The position numbers were made by a program, and so were the translations under genes. A stretch of 64,000 nucleotides of DNA from an uncultured virus (IMG/VR IMGVR_UViG_3300026154_000024). Taxonomy: Duplodnaviria > Heunggongvirae > Uroviricota > Caudoviricetes. This document shows, one piece after another, positions 59,942 through 64,000 of this stretch (positions are counted from its first letter, which is position 1; every line of letters begins with the position of its first letter). The notes under the pieces were generated by a model that saw nothing but the letters and a program-made list of their open reading frames with translations, made no database searches and had not been told where the DNA came from. The stretch lies in the IMG/VR virus record IMGVR_UViG_3300026154_000024; one strand, 5' to 3'.

Positions 59942-60532
59942 TTAGTATTTCTTGCCATGTTTCTTTGGTCTTGTTTCGTTATATTCCATTTTTAGTTCGA
60001 TATGGCGTATAAAGTCCACATTCATGTCCTCGGCCATAGCAAAAAGAAATAACAGTGCCGCACCGATAATATCGGGTAGGCTTTTGCCGCTACCGTCATC
60101 CGTCACGCTTGCGCCGTCGGCATGGCAAAGGATAGCGGAAAGGACGAATGCACGTTCACAAAAAGAGTGCCGTTGATAGTTCTTTCGGAAATCCTTAAAG
60201 AGTTCGCGGCACGATTCGAAGCGGTCGGTAGGTGTGATGTTCAATGTTCCGCAAAGGTCGAAAAGGCGAATGGCTACGTCGGCCATTTCATCCTCAACGC
60301 TATCCTTCACATAGTTCTTGAAACGGTCATTGTACGTCAAGCCCTTGCAAATTTCAAAACCGTGCAAATAGGCATGTAGGTTACGACGGTCGGCCTCGAC
60401 GGCCTCGCCTATCTCCGACAGCACCAGCATCATCATGTGCTCGACGGTCAACATCTTTTCGTGAAATCCGTGCTTAACGGCAATATCGTATGCACGGGCA
60501 ATGAAATCCTTTGTTTGTTCCTTTGTAATCAT
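59942..60532 (-). CDS. MazG-like all-alpha NTP pyrophosphohydrolase
   Basis: LVLSEIGEAVEADR, VEDEMADVAIRLFD, KMEYNETRP..HGKKY. Confidence 0.8.
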   Translation of the reverse strand: MITKEQTKDFIARAYDIAVKHGFHEKMLTVEHMMMLVLSEIGEAVEADRRNLHAYLHGFEICKGLTYNDRFKNYVKDSVEDEMADVAIRLFDLCGTLNITPTDRFESCRELFKDFRKNYQRHSFCERAFVLSAILCHADGASVTDDGSGKSLPDIIGAALLFLFAMAEDMNVDFIRHIELKMEYNETRPKKHGKKY

Positions 60533-60545
60533 AAAATATAAAATA

Positions 60546-61013
60546 TTAGTTTTGTGAATTTATAGTAACTACGGTTTCGGTTTTCGGATGGTGTTGCACC
60601 CAATAGACACCGTGCTTCTTTTTCAACGATTTTTTGAGTTTACGCGGTATGCGACGAGTAACACGCAAGCGTTCCGAAATTTTTGCATTGGGGATTATAA
60701 GTTCATTTCCGCGTCTATCTTGCACCTTAACGTCAAAAACTGGGCTTGCATCAAACAAATCGGTCAAGAAACCGTCATCTTTCGTCTTTTCGATGTCAAT
60801 ATCAATGGAAACATTAACGTCCCAATGGCGCGTGAAACGTGGCAATTCGTTTTTGTGGCCGTAAATTCTCGAAATCCGCAACCTCGAACTGCAAGTCAGG
60901 CACATTGCCATCCGAGATTGATGTCTTTGCTTGCAAAAACGACGCACCAAAGAAAATAACTGGCTTTTATCCCACTTGATTTCATCCACTAACTTAGAAA
61001 CCACATTTGCCAT
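60546..61013 (-). CDS. hypothetical basic protein
   Basis: ORF after promoter 61099-61106; RRIPRKLKK. Confidence 0.6.
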   Translation of the reverse strand: MANVVSKLVDEIKWDKSQLFSLVRRFCKQRHQSRMAMCLTCSSRLRISRIYGHKNELPRFTRHWDVNVSIDIDIEKTKDDGFLTDLFDASPVFDVKVQDRRGNELIIPNAKISERLRVTRRIPRKLKKSLKKKHGVYWVQHHPKTETVVTINSQN

Positions 61014-61860
61014 AAATAACTTTCTTTTATTTATATAAGTAACTATTTTAATTGGTATTCCATGTATATAGATAACCATAATAACACGAAACACGGCGCA
61101 AAGATAAATATATTATTTTGAATAATTGCAAAACAAATCCATATTTAACACTACTTTAACATAATAAGGGTAACTTATTAAAAATAGTAAATACTATATA
61201 TAAAGATTACTATATATAATATAAGTAACTATATATATAAAGTAAACTATATGTAATATCGCTTACCATATTTTCGTATAATGGTAAACTATATATTATC
61301 CAACACACACAAAACATACTTTTTTAAAGACCTTTGGCAACCAAATACTAAATAATTTGATTTAAGCCGCTTTTTAAGCCCTACAAGGCACTTTTATACC
61401 ATAAGTGGACTAATTACCCACCGACATAAAAACAACGCCTTAAAACGGCCTTAAAATCGTTTTTTTCAAAATTTTCGAATTTTTCTTTTTTAAAAAATTT
61501 TTTTCAGAAATAAGGTGTTTGCACCACACAATACTTTGGCCGTTTTACCCCCCCCTCCCCCTATAAAATTGCGTAAATCGTTGAAAATCAAGCCGTTATG
61601 ATTTTGAAACGTTCATTTTATTACCATACGATGTATAAATTCTATCTTTTCCCGCTGTAACACATTGAATGAGATTACAATACACAAAATACTCGAATGA
61701 AATTTTTGGCACAAAACAAAGTATATTTTTATATATATTTTGCGTTCTATATAATCATACCGTGAAAGCAAAAGAAAAGGTCTATAAAAGAAAATATAAT
61801 ATAAATATAAATATAATATATATATATATAATATAAGAAAAAGAAAAAAGAAAAAGAAAA

Positions 61861-61876
61861 TGTTTCACGTGGAACA
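61861..61876. promoter_or_regulatory. parS site
   Basis: TGTTTCACGTGGAACA = reverse complement TGTTCCACGTGAAACA, the canonical chromosomal parS. Confidence 0.8.
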
Positions 61877-61924
61877 TATATTAAGTGTATTATTTACATT
61901 TAATGTTTCACGCTTATTTAGAAT

Positions 61925-62236
61925 TGTGTGCGTACACAAATCGTTTTGTTTTTCCTTTTGTATAATTACGCCAAACAACTTGGGAAAGCACGGCAGCGGG
62001 CTTGTAAGTAGCGTTCTCGGCAATATTTTATTTTGTCTATAATTACGCTCGTATCATATATTATATAAAAAAGACCATGTTAAAATGTTTAAGTTAAAAA
62101 GTATTTAGAAATTACAATGTTTTTGTATTGTGTGCGTACACATGTAAAAAAGTATTTCATTTTGGGCTTTCAAGTGTAAACAAATCTTTAATCATCATGT
62201 TAATAAACATTTATTTTGTTATTGTGTTCGCACACA
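61925..62236. repeat. three copies of a 14-bp near-palindrome TGTGTGCGTACACA (operator-like)
   Basis: 61925-61938, 62129-62142, inverted 1-mismatch copy 62223-62236. Confidence 0.7.
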
Positions 62237-62302
62237 AAGTTAAAAGTGTTTCATTTCGTTAAAAACATTTTTTTATATCAATTTTTCGACGTATCTTTGC
62301 AT

Positions 62303-62595
62303 CGTGTTAAGATAGAACGGCATCGAACATAGCGCAGAAACTTAACACCGAGCGCGGAGGCAGCACCTCGTTAGGGAGGGAGCGATAAGCGATGCCGAAG
62401 CCAACGTCAGCAGGTTTACTTGTTTTTCCTGCAAAACGACTCGGGCAACAGCGAAGTGGGATAGATAGCTGACCAAACAGAAAACATTGATTCGTTTTTT
62501 TGTTTTGTATAGTATATAAACGGACACAATGAAAGTGATAGGGCAGACCTTCATTCGTTCAGGCTGGTGAGTTTTGCGACGTTCTATCCAGCACT
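62303..62595 (+). ncRNA. candidate structured leader / ncRNA
   Basis: starts after promoter 62292-62299; several long-range complementary segments. Confidence 0.5.
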
Positions 62596-62634
62596 ATTCA
62601 TTCATGTTTAATTTAATTAATAGGAGATTTTACT

Positions 62635-63978
62635 ATGATTACTGTTAAGAATTTAACAACTGGCGAGACGATTCAAGTGCGCGACGTAAAGTTGGAAAAC
62701 GGCAAAATTATTGCCACATGGCAGCGCCCCGAGCCTGGTCAGCGCTTTATGGCTGCAAATGTGGCCGTAGTTAAAACTGAAGAGACCGTACATGATGACG
62801 AGCACAATGTTGAGCGCCGCGTTTTGGCACTGGCCGACGGTTATGAGATTATTGAAAAGGCTGAGCGCCAGCCGAAGGCAAAGAAGGACGAGCCGAAGGC
62901 CGAGTCACAGCCGACAACGGACGAACAGCCCGCAGCGGTTGAGGTAGTAACTAAGAACGAGCCACAGCCACAAGCAACAAAGGCGAAGTCGGTTGAAGAA
63001 TACGAGGCAGAAATCGCTGACACTTATGGGAGCATGGGTGTCGGCATCTTCAAAAGGGCTGTCGAATACGTTCAGGCAAACTACACCGCCGCCCTGGACG
63101 AAACGGCAGTACGCCGCATCGCGTCGGCTATATTTGCGGAATACGCCGAGGCACAGCCTGAGAAAATGAAGGCGGCCAAAAAGGCTGCAAAGAAGACGCG
63201 GAAGGGCGACAAGAAGAATGAAGTCTATTGTGCTAAATTCCAGCGCATCGTGGCAAAGGTCAGTCGTGGTAATAACGTGTATCTTTATGGCCCAGCGGGT
63301 AGTGGAAAATCACACACTGCCGAGCAGGTGGCCGAGGCTCTTGGCATTGATTTTTACGGCCAAACTACAATACAATTCGCGCATGATGTGCGAGGTTACG
63401 GCGATGCAGGCGGTAACTTCCAAGATACACCCTTCTTTAAGGCGTTCGCCTTCGGTGGTCTATATTTCCAAGATGAATATGACCGCTCGAACGCCGAGGC
63501 TGCTATCGTGCTAAATAGCGCACTTGCAAATGGCTGGTATGATTTTCCTATTGTTGGCCGTGTTGAGGCTCATCCTGATTTTCGCTTTATGGCAGCGGGT
63601 AATACGCTGATGACGGGCGCAGACGAGGAGTATGTGACAGGCCAGGAAATAGATGCAAGTAGCCGAGACCGCTTCGCTTATTTCTTCGAGATAGACTACA
63701 GTCACGAGGTAGAGATGCGTATTGCACACGGGAACGATAATATTGTTTCTTTCGTCGAGGACGTGCGACAGGCTATCAAACAAACTGGTATCAAGCACGT
63801 TGTCAGTTACCGTGCTACAGCCGCAATGATAGACGAAGTGGAGAATGAAAACGACCTCGTCGCTTGTTGTGATGAATCAATATTCAAAGCTCTTGACGTT
63901 GACGCTCGTCGCGAAATATACGAACGGCTGAATGACAAATCAAGCGTCTGGGCAAAGGCATTGAAGAAGCTCCTTTAA
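62635..63978 (+). CDS. MoxR/CbbQ-type AAA+ ATPase
   Basis: YGPAGSGKS, FQDEYDR, AHPDFRFMAAGNT, DASSRDRF. Confidence 0.88.
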   Translation: MITVKNLTTGETIQVRDVKLENGKIIATWQRPEPGQRFMAANVAVVKTEETVHDDEHNVERRVLALADGYEIIEKAERQPKAKKDEPKAESQPTTDEQPAAVEVVTKNEPQPQATKAKSVEEYEAEIADTYGSMGVGIFKRAVEYVQANYTAALDETAVRRIASAIFAEYAEAQPEKMKAAKKAAKKTRKGDKKNEVYCAKFQRIVAKVSRGNNVYLYGPAGSGKSHTAEQVAEALGIDFYGQTTIQFAHDVRGYGDAGGNFQDTPFFKAFAFGGLYFQDEYDRSNAEAAIVLNSALANGWYDFPIVGRVEAHPDFRFMAAGNTLMTGADEEYVTGQEIDASSRDRFAYFFEIDYSHEVEMRIAHGNDNIVSFVEDVRQAIKQTGIKHVVSYRATAAMIDEVENENDLVACCDESIFKALDVDARREIYERLNDKSSVWAKALKKLL

Positions 63979-64000
63979 CACAATACAACGGATGGCTCGT

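Larger units (their letters stand above)
61107..62290. other. AT-rich non-coding divergent control region (possible origin / packaging or terminus region)
   Basis: no credible ORF, TA tracts, A/T runs, C-run 61548-61561, flanked by outward-facing promoters. Confidence 0.6.

Noticed and set aside
61860..62042. ORF MFHVEH...
   Set aside because: Translation artefact of the parS palindrome in low-complexity DNA.
61150..62260. CRISPR array
   Set aside because: Repeats are short, irregularly spaced and lack uniform spacers; no cas genes.

Overview
A 64-kb segment of a large tailed (siphovirus-like) phage infecting a Bacteroidota host, probably Prevotella/Bacteroidales. The host call rests on about 15 TAnnTTTG promoter motifs and DUF4494/DUF3127-type genes. 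Left arm (+): 3' end of an IS605-family tnpB, RtcB, a ThyX-like gene, an SNF2-helicase/DNA-methyltransferase fusion with two LAGLIDADG inteins, four atypical tRNAs, a beta-clamp and RusA. Centre: a morphogenesis region split into two divergent operons. Leftward it runs terminase, portal, lysis, tail tip/fibres and a DGR-type C-lectin target; rightward it runs scaffold, capsid, neck, tail tube, frameshifted chaperone, tape measure and Dit. Right arm (-): replication and nucleotide genes, including primase-helicase and a four-gene putative DNA-glycosylation cassette. These are followed by an AT-rich divergent control region with a perfect parS site and a MoxR-type AAA ATPase. Best candidates for new biology: (1) a covarying three-way-junction RNA between a promoter and four free-standing endonuclease genes of three architectures, each copy with its own 9-nt loop complementary to two sites before the start codon; (2) a TAGT/GREB1-like glycosyltransferase + nucleotidyltransferase + CofD/YvcK-HAD fusion cassette with no TET/JBP gene in view; (3) two further large structured non-coding leaders; (4) an apparently diversified DGR target without RT/TR in the window. 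All family assignments are from motif recognition by eye; no searches were run. Several single-base homopolymer frameshifts may be sequencing errors.
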